Source of the DNA: an uncultured Hippea sp.
GTDB lineage: Bacteria; Campylobacterota_A; Desulfurellia; JAADFJ01
Direction of reading: 5' to 3'
NCBI GenBank assembly: GCA_913009315.1
Contig: CAJVZA010000003.1
Location: 1-54,849 of the forward strand
DNA length: 54,849 nucleotides
Positions 10,762-21,458 of the stretch are shown here, piece by piece. The position numbers and the translations under genes are program-made. Position 1 is the first letter of the stretch, and every line of letters starts with the position of its first letter. Below the pieces are notes generated by a model. It was given only the letters and a program-made list of their open reading frames with translations, made no database searches and was not told the origin of the DNA.

Positions 10762-10883
10762 GCTTTAAAACGCCTGTATTATACTTTACTTAAACCAAAA
10801 AACAACAGGTATCAGGACCGTTTTATCTTAATGCAGTCGGCCACTTGAAAATTTTTTTTTATATGGTAAAAGATATAAAAAAT

Positions 10884-10946
10884 CACACATAAAGTTTTGT
10901 GAGTGAGCGGTGAAACTATTAAAACTTTATGGAGGAACAACTCACA
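10884..10946 (+). ncRNA. rpsB 5' leader (S2 autoregulatory / t44-like)
   Basis: CACAC start; stem CATAAAGTTTT (10888-10898) / AAAACTTTATG (10921-10931) followed by GGAGG..AAC; pseudoknot TGTGAGT (10898-10904) / ACTCACA (10940-10946). Confidence 0.75.
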
Positions 10947-10955
10947 GGAGGAGAA

Positions 10956-11723
10956 ATGGAGCAGCAGATTACCGTTAAAATGAAAGAATTATTAGAGTCA
11001 GGTGTGCATTTCGGACATCAAACGAGACGATGGAATCCCAAAATGAGTCCGTATATATTTGGCGACAGGAAAGGGATTCATATAATTGATCTCCAGAAAA
11101 CCTTAAAGCTTTTTAATAAAGCTGCTGAATTTGTGTATAATTTATCTTCTCAGAATAAGAAGATTTTGATGGTCTGCACAAAAAAACAGGGTCAGGAAAT
11201 AGTTGGATCAGAAGCACAAAGATCAGGCATGCCTTATATAATTCAGAAGTGGCCTCCCGGTCTCTTTACAAACAGAAATACATTTAAAAAAAGTATTGCA
11301 ACTCTGAAACAACTTGAGACTTTCGACAAGACCGGAGAGTTCGATAAACTGCCTAAAAAAGAAGCAAAGAAGATGCGCAAGAGAATCGGCAGACTTGAAA
11401 GATATCTTGGAGGTGTCAAGGAGTTTGACGGGCTGCCTGATGCACTTTTTGTTGTAGATATCGTGCGTGAATATCTTGCGGTAAAGGAGGCTAAATCGCT
11501 TTCGATACCGATTATAGCGATCGTGGACACAAATTGTGATCCTGATCCTATAGACTATGTTATTCCCGGAAATGACGACGCTATAAAATCTATAAAATTG
11601 TTTACCGGAAAGATTGCCGACATTATAGTCGCCGGACAGGGAAGGTTTCAGAAAGATCAGGTTGACGAATCATCGGACAACTCGGATAACAATAATGCTG
11701 AAGAGAAAGAGGAGACTGAATAA
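10956..11723 (+). CDS. rpsB: 30S ribosomal protein S2
   Basis: [19 protein letters not shown] and DTNCDPD..DY.IPGNDDA. Start set at ATG 10956 (AGGAGG RBS) rather than 10929. Confidence 0.97.
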   Translation: MEQQITVKMKELLESGVHFGHQTRRWNPKMSPYIFGDRKGIHIIDLQKTLKLFNKAAEFVYNLSSQNKKILMVCTKKQGQEIVGSEAQRSGMPYIIQKWPPGLFTNRNTFKKSIATLKQLETFDKTGEFDKLPKKEAKKMRKRIGRLERYLGGVKEFDGLPDALFVVDIVREYLAVKEAKSLSIPIIAIVDTNCDPDPIDYVIPGNDDAIKSIKLFTGKIADIIVAGQGRFQKDQVDESSDNSDNNNAEEKEETE

Positions 11724-12335
11724 ATGGGTACGATAAATGCCAGAGATGTGATGAATTTAAGAAAAGCTACAGGTGCCGGTATGATGGCATGCAAAAAAGT
11801 ACTGGTTGAAGCGGATGGAGATTTTGATAAAGCGATAGACCTGCTCAGAAAAAAAGGCATTGCGTCGGCGGCGAAAAAGGCGGGAAGAGAAACCGAAAAC
11901 GGAAAAATCGGTTCGTATATACATATGGGCGGCAAGATAGGTGTTTTGGTCGAGCTTGCATGCGAGACCGATTTTGTTGCCGATACGGATGATTTTGCGC
12001 AGCTCCTTAAGGACGTAGCAATGCATATCGCTGCTGCAAATCCAGCCTATCTCGACAGGGACTCCGTTCCAAAAGATGTTCTTGAAAAAGAGATGGAACT
12101 ACAAAAGGAAACGCTGATTTCAGAGGGAAAGCCCGCAGCAATTATTGATAAGATTGTAGAAGGTAAATTGAATAAGTTCTATGAAAGAAACTGTCTTATA
12201 GAGCAGCCGTTCATAAAGGATGACAAGGAGAGCGTTGGCGACTTGATTAAACACGCCGTTGGAAAACTTGGTGAAAATATCAAGATTATCAAATTCGCAC
12301 GTTTTGAGATAAATGCCCAGAGCTGTTCGGTATAA
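11724..12335 (+). CDS. tsf: Elongation factor Ts (short, ~200 aa form)
   Basis: LRKATGAGMMACKK and ELACETDFVA motifs. Confidence 0.97.
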   Translation: MGTINARDVMNLRKATGAGMMACKKVLVEADGDFDKAIDLLRKKGIASAAKKAGRETENGKIGSYIHMGGKIGVLVELACETDFVADTDDFAQLLKDVAMHIAAANPAYLDRDSVPKDVLEKEMELQKETLISEGKPAAIIDKIVEGKLNKFYERNCLIEQPFIKDDKESVGDLIKHAVGKLGENIKIIKFARFEINAQSCSV

Positions 12336-13029
12336 ACGCATACTGCTTAAACTAAGCGGAGAAGCGTTAAAGGGGGATTCGGATTTCGGTATCGATCCTA
12401 AGATTTTATCCGATCTTGCATCTCAGATAGTCCGCATAGTTGAGTTAAAAGTTTCCGTTGCGATTGTTGTAGGAGGCGGAAATATCTTTCGGGGCATCAA
12501 AGGAGTATCTATTGGTATGGACATGGTGACATCCGATTATATGGGAATGCTTGCTACCGTTATAAACGGGCTGGCGCTTGCCGATGCAATAGAGAAGAAA
12601 GGTGTTGATACGCGCGTAATGAGTGCTATCGAGATGCGTCAGATTGCCGAACCTTATATAAGAAGACGCGCCATAAGGCATCTGGAGAAAGGACGCATAG
12701 TGATTTTTGTAGCCGGAACGGGAAGTCCCTATTTTACGACCGATACTGCGGCCGGTTTGAGAGCAGCTGAGATTGGAGCCGATGCGGTATTTAAGGCTAC
12801 AAAAGTGGGCGGCGTGTATGATAAAGATCCTAAGACCAACAGTGATGCCAAGCGGTTTTCTACAATAAGCTACATTGATCTCATTCAGAAACAGCTTCAT
12901 GTTATGGATTATACCGCTGTTTCTCTTTGTATGGAAAGAAAGGTGCCGATTGTAGTTTTGGATATTACGAGATCGGAAAGTCTGTTTAATGTTGTATCCG
13001 GAAAGGAAGAAGGAACCGTTGTGAAATAA
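12313..13029 (+). CDS. pyrH: UMP kinase
   Basis: KRILLKLSGEAL, GGGNIFRG, DYMGMLAT and PYFTTDT motifs. Confidence 0.97.
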   Translation: MPRAVRYKRILLKLSGEALKGDSDFGIDPKILSDLASQIVRIVELKVSVAIVVGGGNIFRGIKGVSIGMDMVTSDYMGMLATVINGLALADAIEKKGVDTRVMSAIEMRQIAEPYIRRRAIRHLEKGRIVIFVAGTGSPYFTTDTAAGLRAAEIGADAVFKATKVGGVYDKDPKTNSDAKRFSTISYIDLIQKQLHVMDYTAVSLCMERKVPIVVLDITRSESLFNVVSGKEEGTVVK

Positions 13030-13041
13030 AGGAGGCTGTTT

Positions 13042-13587
13042 ATGATAGAAGATACTTCAAAAAGAATGGAAAATGTTGTGAATTGGCTAAACGGTCAACT
13101 TGGCGGTTTGAGAACGGGAACGGCAAGCGGTTCTATGGTTGAAAACATAAAGGTTGCAGCTTACGGCAATAAAATGACGATTAAATCGATTGCCAGCATA
13201 TCTGTGCCGGATAGATCAACAATCTTGATAGAGCCATGGGATCATTCCTTGACAAAAGTGATCGAAAAAGCCATAGGAAGCTCAACTCTTGGTATTATGC
13301 CGGTGGTCGACGGCAACCTCCTGAAGATCAGGATCCCGGAATTGACAGGCTGCAGGAGAGATGAACTTGCCAAGGTTGCCAGGGAGCTGGCAGAAAAGGC
13401 AAAGGTTAGAATTCGTCAAATCAGACGTGAGATAAACGCCGGAATCAAAAAAGATCAGGACGAAAGCTTAATAACAGAGGACGAGAGCGAAAAAAATCTT
13501 GATGCCGTACAAAAAACAACAGATCTGTATATAAAGAAAATTGATACTCTGCTTGCCTGGAAAGAGAAGGAAATCAAAACGATATAG
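13042..13587 (+). CDS. frr: Ribosome recycling factor
   Basis: LRTG.AS, I.PWD, AKVRIRQIRR and KEKEI; conserved position after pyrH. Confidence 0.93.
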   Translation: MIEDTSKRMENVVNWLNGQLGGLRTGTASGSMVENIKVAAYGNKMTIKSIASISVPDRSTILIEPWDHSLTKVIEKAIGSSTLGIMPVVDGNLLKIRIPELTGCRRDELAKVARELAEKAKVRIRQIRREINAGIKKDQDESLITEDESEKNLDAVQKTTDLYIKKIDTLLAWKEKEIKTI

Positions 13588-14270
13588 TGAATCATGCAGA
13601 TAATTTTCCGAACCATGTTGCCATTATTATGGACGGAAACGGGAGATGGGCAAAAAAGAGAAACAGACAAAGAACCGATGGTCATGCCAAAGGGGCGGCT
13701 GTTGCTATCGATATTGTTTTGTGTGCAAAAAAGGTAAACATAAAATATTTAACTCTATTTGCCTTTAGTGCCGAAAATTGGAATAGACCCAAACGAGAAA
13801 TAGCTCTTATTCTCTCTCTTGTTGAAAATCATCTGAAAAACAAAGCGACAGAACTCAAAGAAAACGGTATCCGTTTCAAAACAATCGGTAATCTCGGCGA
13901 TCTGCCGAAGTCTACCGTAGATCTCATAGATACGGTCAGTGATATGACTAGCGGATGCACAAATATGGTTTTTACGCTTGCTATTTCTTATGGCGGAAGG
14001 CAGGAGATACGAGCAGCGGCTGAAAAATATAAAAATTCCGGGAACCCTATAGGATTTGATAGTTATATTCAAAGCGCATTTCTTCCCGACCCCGATCTTT
14101 TAATCAGGACAGGCGGCGAAAAACGTATAAGTAATTTTATGCTTTACGGTCTTGCATATACCGAGCTCTATTTTTTAGACAAATATTGGCCTGATTTTTC
14201 CTGTGAAGATCTTAAGGCCGCAATAAAAGAGTATAAACTCAGAAAACGAAGGTTTGGCGATCTGATATGA
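13587..14270 (+). CDS. uppS: Undecaprenyl diphosphate synthase
   Basis: HVAIIMDGNGRWA, FSAENWNRP and PDLLIRTGGEKRISNF motifs. Confidence 0.96.
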   Translation: MNHADNFPNHVAIIMDGNGRWAKKRNRQRTDGHAKGAAVAIDIVLCAKKVNIKYLTLFAFSAENWNRPKREIALILSLVENHLKNKATELKENGIRFKTIGNLGDLPKSTVDLIDTVSDMTSGCTNMVFTLAISYGGRQEIRAAAEKYKNSGNPIGFDSYIQSAFLPDPDLLIRTGGEKRISNFMLYGLAYTELYFLDKYWPDFSCEDLKAAIKEYKLRKRRFGDLI

Positions 14271-15049
14271 AAAAACGTATCATCACTGCGCTGCTAATCG
14301 TTCCTCCTGTTCTGATAACTGTTGCATATGCTCCTATATTGGTAATTAAGATTGTTTCATTTATCGCCGGTTTGATAGCCATAGATGAGTTCCATGGTTT
14401 AATTAAAAAAACCGACAAAATTTATTGGATCTATTCACTTTTTGCCTTTTCTATGGTATTCTGGCTTGCTGCCGAGAGGGCAGACCTTTTCGGACCTGCA
14501 ATCCTTATGACATTCATCATGCTTCTTTTGATTCCTCTGCTTACAAAAAACGACATCAACTATGACTTTACACATGTTGCGGGAAGCTGGCTTGCAATAA
14601 CATATGTCAGTCTATATAGCTTTTTTTATATTATGATACGCTTACCAAAGGGCAGAGGAATGCTCATTACCATTTTTTTTATGGTATGGATAACCGACAG
14701 TACGGCAATGCTGTTCGGCAAATTTTTTGGAAAAAGAAAATTGTCTCCGGTTATAAGTCCTCATAAAACAGTTGAGGGGTTTGCTGCAGGAGCAGTTGCT
14801 TCCATTGTCACATCGCTAAGCATCGGACAGTTTTTTAATCTGTTCAGTACTACCGATGCCGTTGCCATTGGTTTGATAGTTGGTATAGCAGGTCAGGCCG
14901 GTGATCTTATTGAATCGACATTCAAACGATACGCCGGCAAAAAGGATTCCGGAAAGCTGTTCCCCGGACATGGCGGAGTGCTGGACAGGCTTGACAGTCT
15001 GGCGATTTCGGTTGCTCTAAGTTATCTTTACATTACACTGGTTTCATAA
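14267..15049 (+). CDS. cdsA: Phosphatidate cytidylyltransferase
   Basis: SP.KTVEG and GDLIES.FKR.AG.KDSG.LFPGHGGVLDRLDS motifs. Confidence 0.95.
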   Translation: MKKRIITALLIVPPVLITVAYAPILVIKIVSFIAGLIAIDEFHGLIKKTDKIYWIYSLFAFSMVFWLAAERADLFGPAILMTFIMLLLIPLLTKNDINYDFTHVAGSWLAITYVSLYSFFYIMIRLPKGRGMLITIFFMVWITDSTAMLFGKFFGKRKLSPVISPHKTVEGFAAGAVASIVTSLSIGQFFNLFSTTDAVAIGLIVGIAGQAGDLIESTFKRYAGKKDSGKLFPGHGGVLDRLDSLAISVALSYLYITLVS

Positions 15050-16191
15050 TGAAGGGAATCGGAATACTCGGTTCGACAGGTTCGGTCGGTATTCAAACAT
15101 TAAGCGTTATCAGCAAATTTCCCAAACTTTTTAAGGTTGAGATGCTTACCTCTTTTCATTTTTCCGACGAACTTATAAAACAGATAAAACGGTTTAAGCC
15201 GTCGTATGTCTATACTAAGGAAAAGAGCGGTTTCAGCCTCGAAGGCGAGGAATATACCAGCAGCATCGATGATCTGTTCAATTTTTTTGATTCTGATAGA
15301 ATAGATCTTATAGTTTCGGCGATATCAGGGATATGCGGAATTGTTCCGACATATGAGGCCGTTTTGACTGGAAAAGAGGTTGCAATTGCCAATAAGGAGA
15401 GCTGGGTTTCAGCCGGGCCGTTTCTCAAAAATGCAATAAACAGAAGCGGAGCGAAAGTGATTCCGGTTGATTCGGAACACAGTGCCGTTTTTCAGGCGAT
15501 CGGAAAGGACAAAAGATCAGTCAAAAAAATTATTTTGACTGCATCGGGAGGTCCGTTTCATGATGTTGAATCTTCCGGACTGAAAGATATAGGGATAGCT
15601 GAGGTTATGAAACATCCGGTTTGGAGTATGGGTCCTAAAATTTCTGTTGATTCTGCGACGTTCTTTAACAAAGGTTTTGAGATAATTGAGGCGGCTGAGC
15701 TTTTTGATCTTGATTTTGAAGATATCGATGTTTTTGTTCATAAACAGGGAATAGTTCATTCTTTGGTCGGGTTTAGTGACGGAAGCCTTATTGCTCAGCT
15801 GGGACAGCCTGATATGAGAATACCGATTGGATATGCTCTTAATTATCCGGAAAGACTGCCTTCTCTGCCTGACGATGTGGGAGAAGTCGAATTCGATCAG
15901 ATGAGCAATATAAAGTTTGACAAGCCGAATGAAAGGGAAAAAAGAACACTTGCTGTAGTGAAGGAGGCATGGATACGGGGGATCGGCTCGAGAATTGTTC
16001 TGAATGCCGCAGATGAGGCGGCTGTTAATGCATTTTTGTCCGGCAGAATCCGATTTTGCGATATAGTTGATTTTGTGGAAAATAAGGTTATTAATATTAG
16101 CCTTGGAGAAGTTTTTGGCATGAAAGATGTAATAGAATTGTCGGAGACTCTGTTGAGAGAATTTGATAAGGAGTTAAATAAAAAGATATGA
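15049..16191 (+). CDS. dxr: 1-deoxy-D-xylulose 5-phosphate reductoisomerase
   Basis: LGSTGSVG, ANKES, PVDSEHSA, TASGGPF and HPVWSMGPKISVDSAT motifs. Confidence 0.96.
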   Translation: MKGIGILGSTGSVGIQTLSVISKFPKLFKVEMLTSFHFSDELIKQIKRFKPSYVYTKEKSGFSLEGEEYTSSIDDLFNFFDSDRIDLIVSAISGICGIVPTYEAVLTGKEVAIANKESWVSAGPFLKNAINRSGAKVIPVDSEHSAVFQAIGKDKRSVKKIILTASGGPFHDVESSGLKDIGIAEVMKHPVWSMGPKISVDSATFFNKGFEIIEAAELFDLDFEDIDVFVHKQGIVHSLVGFSDGSLIAQLGQPDMRIPIGYALNYPERLPSLPDDVGEVEFDQMSNIKFDKPNEREKRTLAVVKEAWIRGIGSRIVLNAADEAAVNAFLSGRIRFCDIVDFVENKVINISLGEVFGMKDVIELSETLLREFDKELNKKI

Positions 16192-17282
16192 TTATTTGGG
16201 GTATAATAGCTATAGCGATTTTGATTGTTGTGCATGAGGCAGGTCATTTTGCTGCGGCAAAAGCTCTCGGTGTCGGCGTTGAGGCGTTTTCAGTCGGGTT
16301 TGGGCCGATACTTCTGCGAAAGAAGATCGGAGAAACCGAATACAGAATTTCGTTGATTCCGCTGGGGGGATATGTAAAACTTGTAGGCGAAAATGATGAA
16401 ACCGAAACCGGAACCGAAACTGATCAAAAGATCAATTCATTCTCTGAGAAGCCGGTCTGGAAAAGAGCTGCGATTGTTTCAGCCGGGCCGATCACGAATC
16501 TTTTGATTGCAGTTGTCTTTTTTATAATGAGTTCGTGGATTGGCGTCACAACGCTTTCTTCTCAGATCGGCAAAGTTCTGAAAGGTTCTCCGGCGTATGT
16601 TGCCGGCATAAAAAAGGGAGACAGCATCGTCAGTATCAACGGCAGCAGCGTGAAAACTTTTAGAAAAATGGCTTCAATTATGAAAAAAAGCCCCGGAAAA
16701 CGTTTGAGGGTCGTTGTAAACAGAGACAGGGGCAGCAAGACTATCTTTGTAGTTCCTGAACTCAAACAGATGAAAAATATATTTGGTGAGAAAGTAGCGG
16801 CAGGTTTTATCGGCGTTATGCCCTCAGGAGAGAAGACTCTGCTGCGTTATTCATTCTTTTCCGGTATAAAAAACGGTGTTTATCAATCCTATAGAATAAC
16901 ATATCTGACCGCAGAATCATTTGTTAAACTTGTCAGCGGCAAGATGTCTGCCAAACAGCTCGGCGGTCCGATAATGATAATTAAGCTTGCCGGCGAAGAA
17001 GCGAATGCCGGCTTGGGAGTATTTCTTTTTTTCCTTGCAATCATCGGAATCAATCTCGGCATTCTTAATTTACTTCCGATTCCCATTCTGGACGGAGGGC
17101 ATCTTTTTTTCTTTGCGATTGAGGCGGTGCGAGGTAAAAAATTATCGGACAAGGTGGTAAGTATCTCTCAGCAGGTAGGCATGTCTCTTCTCATTCTGCT
17201 AATGGTTTTTGCAACCTATAACGATCTTGCACGTTTTTTTCCGCATATCAGTTCGACGGTGAGTTCACTATTTCATAAATGA
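16188..17282 (+). CDS. rseP: Intramembrane zinc metalloprotease RseP
   Basis: HEAGH, a PDZ domain and NLLPIPILDGGH. Confidence 0.95.
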   Translation: MIIWGIIAIAILIVVHEAGHFAAAKALGVGVEAFSVGFGPILLRKKIGETEYRISLIPLGGYVKLVGENDETETGTETDQKINSFSEKPVWKRAAIVSAGPITNLLIAVVFFIMSSWIGVTTLSSQIGKVLKGSPAYVAGIKKGDSIVSINGSSVKTFRKMASIMKKSPGKRLRVVVNRDRGSKTIFVVPELKQMKNIFGEKVAAGFIGVMPSGEKTLLRYSFFSGIKNGVYQSYRITYLTAESFVKLVSGKMSAKQLGGPIMIIKLAGEEANAGLGVFLFFLAIIGINLGILNLLPIPILDGGHLFFFAIEAVRGKKLSDKVVSISQQVGMSLLILLMVFATYNDLARFFPHISSTVSSLFHK

Positions 17283-18316
17283 GGAAGAAAAAGAGAACAG
17301 TTTTTATAGGAAAGGTTCCGGTTGGAGGAAATAATCCTGTTGTTGTTCAATCTATGACAAAAAATCCTCCGTCTAAATTGAACGAGGTCGCAGATGAGAT
17401 AAATCAGCTTGCTTCTGTCGGGTGTGAGCTGATAAGGGTTGCGGTTCCTACTGAAAAAGATGCGTATTTTCTTTCAGACTTAAAAAAAAAGTCGATATTG
17501 CCTGTTGTCGCCGATATTCATTTTGACGGCAGGATTGCGGTTAAAGCGATTGAAAACGGTGCTGATGAGATAAGAATCAATCCGGGAAATTTTCCTCAAA
17601 GGCAGCTTACCGATATAATAAGAGCTGCAAAAAAAAGAAAGATACCCATAAGAATCGGTGTCAACAGCGGATCTCTTGAAAAATCGCTTGTTTTATCGGC
17701 GTCTTCTCTCGCCGATTCTGCGTTGAGGTGGGTAAAGCGATTTGAGGATCTTGGATTTAGCGATTTAAAGATTTCCGCAAAATCATCCGATGCCGCTATG
17801 ACGGTGAAAACATATCGGATATTGGATGAGAAATCCGATTATCCGCTTCATCTCGGTGTTACCGAAGCCGGTACCGTTGCTACCGGAGCGGCACGTTCAG
17901 CCATTGCACTTGGAAGATTATTGAGCGACGGAATCGGCGATACAATAAGAGTGTCGTTAACCGGCGACAGGGTCGATGAGATTGCCGTTTGTTATGAAAT
18001 TCTAAGATCTACCGGTGTTAGAAATGTTGGAGCCAGGCTTGTATCCTGCCCGACATGCGGGCGAATTCAGATTGATTTGACAAGACTTGCCCAAGAGGTT
18101 CAAAAAATAATAGAGCGGATAAGAATGCCTATAACGGTAAGTGTTATGGGATGTGCGGTTAATGCAATTGGTGAGGCAAAGGATGCCGATATTGCGATAG
18201 CAGGCGGAGCAGGGTATGGATTGATTATAAAAAAAGGAAAGATTGTAAAAAATGTCAGGGAAGCGGACCTTCTCAGCGAGTTTAAAGAGGAGCTTATAAA
18301 AATGGAGCTGCTATGA
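17279..18316 (+). CDS. ispG: 4-hydroxy-3-methylbut-2-en-1-yl diphosphate synthase
   Basis: VQSMT, ADIHF, RINPGN, HLGVTEAG and SCPTCGR motifs. Confidence 0.96.
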   Translation: MRKKKRTVFIGKVPVGGNNPVVVQSMTKNPPSKLNEVADEINQLASVGCELIRVAVPTEKDAYFLSDLKKKSILPVVADIHFDGRIAVKAIENGADEIRINPGNFPQRQLTDIIRAAKKRKIPIRIGVNSGSLEKSLVLSASSLADSALRWVKRFEDLGFSDLKISAKSSDAAMTVKTYRILDEKSDYPLHLGVTEAGTVATGAARSAIALGRLLSDGIGDTIRVSLTGDRVDEIAVCYEILRSTGVRNVGARLVSCPTCGRIQIDLTRLAQEVQKIIERIRMPITVSVMGCAVNAIGEAKDADIAIAGGAGYGLIIKKGKIVKNVREADLLSEFKEELIKMELL

Positions 18317-19665
18317 ATTTTGATATAATTATACTGGCTGCGGGTATGGGAACAAGAACCGGACTTCCTTACAGCAAGCTTGCAGCAAAGATTAATGGAA
18401 AACCGCTGATCTGTTTTTCGGCGGCAGCGGCAATAGATGCAAATCCGTCTGATATTGTTGTTGTGACAAATAGCGATAACGACGATGTTGAGAAAGCGTT
18501 AGGCGCACTCGGATATCCGTTTAAGTTTGCTAAACAGCAGTTGCTTGCCGGAACTGCCGATGCCCTGCAAACCGGACTTGAATTTTGTAAAGCAGACTGT
18601 CTTGTCGTGATAAACGGTGATATGCCGCTTGTTATACCTGAAATTATTGAAAAGATCGCATCTTTTCAAGCGGGTATTGATGAGGCGTTTATATATACCA
18701 AACCTGATAGTCCTGGAAATATGGGGAGGGTCTTTTTTGAGGGAGATGATTTTAGAATTATCGAAGCGCATGAACCTGCAGATGGAAAAACGGAGTATGT
18801 TAATTCGGGGGTATATTTTTTTAGGCGGGCTTTTCTTGAAGCGAATATTGACAAATTGAATGCAAATAATAAGAAAAATGAACTTTATATAACCGATCTG
18901 TTCAATTTAAAAGCAAACAAAAAGGCTGTTTTCTGCGAGGATTGGAAATCTTTGTCCGGAGTAAACTCACTTAAGGAATTTGAATTTGCAGCCAAAGCAC
19001 TAAGAGACAGAAAGATAGATACTCTTTTTGAAAAGGGAGTAATAATTTACGATAGAGAAACTGTTTATATAGAGAGCGATGTTGAAGTCGGAAATTCAAC
19101 TGTAATCTATCCGTACAGCGTTCTGAAGGGCGGCAGTAAAATCGGAAAAGAATGCGTAATTGAATCATTTTCTACAGTTTTAGAGTCTGAAATATCCGAT
19201 AATGTGATTATCAAGTCCGGCAGCTATATTGAAGGTTCCATAGTCGGAGAGAAATCTGTTATCGGTCCGATGGCTCATCTTCGTCCGGGTTCGGTTGTGG
19301 GACAATTATGCAGAGTGGGTAATTTTGTTGAAACAAAGAAAGCCGTGTTAAAGGAAGGCGTAAAGGCAAGTCACCTGAGTTATCTCGGCGATTGCGAGAT
19401 TGGCAGAGAAACAAATATAGGCTGCGGAACTATAACATGCAATTATGACGGATTTGAAAAGCATAAAACCGTTATAGGCAGCAATGTTTTTATCGGATCG
19501 GACAGTCAGCTTGTAGCTCCCGTCAAAATAGGGGATGCCGCTTTGATAGCTGCCGGAAGTACGATAACAGAGGATGTGCCTCGCGACGCCCTGGCAATAT
19601 CAAGGGCTAATCAGAAAAATATTCCCGGAGGCGCAGCACGCTTCAGGAAGAAAAGGCAATCCTGA
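18313..19665 (+). CDS. glmU: Bifunctional UDP-GlcNAc pyrophosphorylase / GlcN-1-P acetyltransferase
   Basis: LAAGMGTR, GNFVETKK, HLSYLGD, ITCNYDG and hexapeptide repeats. Confidence 0.95.
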   Translation: MNFDIIILAAGMGTRTGLPYSKLAAKINGKPLICFSAAAAIDANPSDIVVVTNSDNDDVEKALGALGYPFKFAKQQLLAGTADALQTGLEFCKADCLVVINGDMPLVIPEIIEKIASFQAGIDEAFIYTKPDSPGNMGRVFFEGDDFRIIEAHEPADGKTEYVNSGVYFFRRAFLEANIDKLNANNKKNELYITDLFNLKANKKAVFCEDWKSLSGVNSLKEFEFAAKALRDRKIDTLFEKGVIIYDRETVYIESDVEVGNSTVIYPYSVLKGGSKIGKECVIESFSTVLESEISDNVIIKSGSYIEGSIVGEKSVIGPMAHLRPGSVVGQLCRVGNFVETKKAVLKEGVKASHLSYLGDCEIGRETNIGCGTITCNYDGFEKHKTVIGSNVFIGSDSQLVAPVKIGDAALIAAGSTITEDVPRDALAISRANQKNIPGGAARFRKKRQS

Positions 19666-21455
19666 TGTGCGGCATTGTAGGATATAGCGGCAAAAAGAAT
19701 GCAGCTCCCGTATTGCTTGAGGGATTAAGGAGACTTGAATACAGGGGGTATGATTCTGCAGGAATTGCGATTAACACAAAAAAGGGGATTAGATCCGTAA
19801 AGGTGAAGGGAAAAGTTGCCGGCCTTGAAGAGAAGCTTCTTGAAAAACCGGTGGTAGGAAGCTGCGGCATAGCTCATACGAGATGGGCAACTCACGGCAA
19901 GCCTTCCGTGAGAAACGCTCATCCGTTCAGATATAACAGTTTTGCGATTGTTCATAACGGCATTATAGAGAACTGGAAAACACTAAAGGATGATCTTATT
20001 AAAGCCGGTTACAATTTTACAAGCGATACGGATACGGAGGTTGCCCTTATCTGTTTTTGCGCACTGTTTGAAAAGACTCAATCAATCGGCAAAGCAATTT
20101 TACAGCTTGTAAAAATGCTTAAAGGCGCTTACGCATTTTTGATAATAGATGAACAAAATCCTTCAACAATAATAGGTGTAAAAAACGGCAATCCGCTGGT
20201 AGTCGGCAAAAATGCCGATGATATTATTGCTGCGTCCGATCTTACCGCGCTTCTGTCTTTTACAAACAGAGCGTTTTTTCTTGAGGATAGGCAATTTTTC
20301 GTAGCAGGAGACGGCAATATCGATTTTTATAATTTTGAAGGCGGTAAAATATCAAATACTCCGGTTGACGTTAAATGGAATCAGGAAGAGGCAAAGAAAG
20401 GCGGATATAAGCATTATCTGCTGAAGGAAATAATGGAGCAGCCCGCGGCTTTGACAAGAGCGCTGGCCGGACGGGTTGATAATCTGCTTTTCGATGAGCT
20501 TAAAAACAGAATTACCCCGAAGGGAAGAATTATATGCATTGCCTGCGGCACATCCTACAATGCAGCACTCTGTTTTAAATATTTCATCAATATGTTATCC
20601 GGAGTTTCCGTAACGGTTGAATTTGCATCGGAGTTTCGATATCAACCGCACGATTTGAGTGCCGACAGCCTTGTTATAGCGCTCAGTCAATCGGGAGAAA
20701 CATCCGACACCAAAGAAGCGCTTTTGAGGGCTAAAAATAGCGGAGCTCATACCATTGCAATAGTCAATAGCTGGGAAAGCAGCATAGCAAGGGCGGCGGA
20801 TGAGACAATCTACATGAATATCGGTCAGGAAATAAGCGTAGCTTCAACAAAGGCGTATACCGCCGAGGTTGCGCTGCTCTATCTTGTTGCGCTGCGAATT
20901 GCTTCAGAGAGAGGTGCTGCCGCTGAAAAAATTGATGCCTGGAAACAAAAAATTAAAGAAGTGCCCAAAATTCAGTCGAACTATTTGGAAAATAGCGGCA
21001 GTGTCGAAGATATTGCAAAAAAATATTACAAAAAAAAGAACTTCTTTTATATTGGAAGAGGAATTGGATATCCTGTTGCGATTGAAGGGGCGCTTAAGCT
21101 GAAAGAGCTCTCCTACATGCATGCGGAATGCTATGCATCGGGTGAAATGAAACATGGACCCATTTCGCTTATAGACAGTGAATTTCCAACGATTGCAGTT
21201 GCTCCGCCCGGCGGTCTAAGGGATAAGCTGTTTTCGAATGTCAGTGAGATAAAAAGCAGAATGGGGCAGGTAATTCTTGTTTCAGACAGTATGCTTGCCG
21301 GATGCGATTTTATCAAGATGCCAAAAATTGATGCATGGCTTTCTCCGTTCGTATATATACTTCCACTTCAGCTTTTTTCTTATTATGCAGCTAATCTTCT
21401 TGGAAATGATGTTGATCAGCCGAGAAATTTGGCGAAATCGGTTACCGTAGAATAA
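19665..21455 (+). CDS. glmS: Glutamine--fructose-6-phosphate aminotransferase
   Basis: MCGIVG, RGYDSAG, HTRWATHG and DQPRNLAKSVTVE motifs. Confidence 0.98.
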   Translation: MCGIVGYSGKKNAAPVLLEGLRRLEYRGYDSAGIAINTKKGIRSVKVKGKVAGLEEKLLEKPVVGSCGIAHTRWATHGKPSVRNAHPFRYNSFAIVHNGIIENWKTLKDDLIKAGYNFTSDTDTEVALICFCALFEKTQSIGKAILQLVKMLKGAYAFLIIDEQNPSTIIGVKNGNPLVVGKNADDIIAASDLTALLSFTNRAFFLEDRQFFVAGDGNIDFYNFEGGKISNTPVDVKWNQEEAKKGGYKHYLLKEIMEQPAALTRALAGRVDNLLFDELKNRITPKGRIICIACGTSYNAALCFKYFINMLSGVSVTVEFASEFRYQPHDLSADSLVIALSQSGETSDTKEALLRAKNSGAHTIAIVNSWESSIARAADETIYMNIGQEISVASTKAYTAEVALLYLVALRIASERGAAAEKIDAWKQKIKEVPKIQSNYLENSGSVEDIAKKYYKKKNFFYIGRGIGYPVAIEGALKLKELSYMHAECYASGEMKHGPISLIDSEFPTIAVAPPGGLRDKLFSNVSEIKSRMGQVILVSDSMLAGCDFIKMPKIDAWLSPFVYILPLQLFSYYAANLLGNDVDQPRNLAKSVTVE

Positions 21456-21458
21456 GTT

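Noticed and set aside
19600-19670. glmS ribozyme
   Set aside because: glmU and glmS overlap by 1 bp, leaving no leader.
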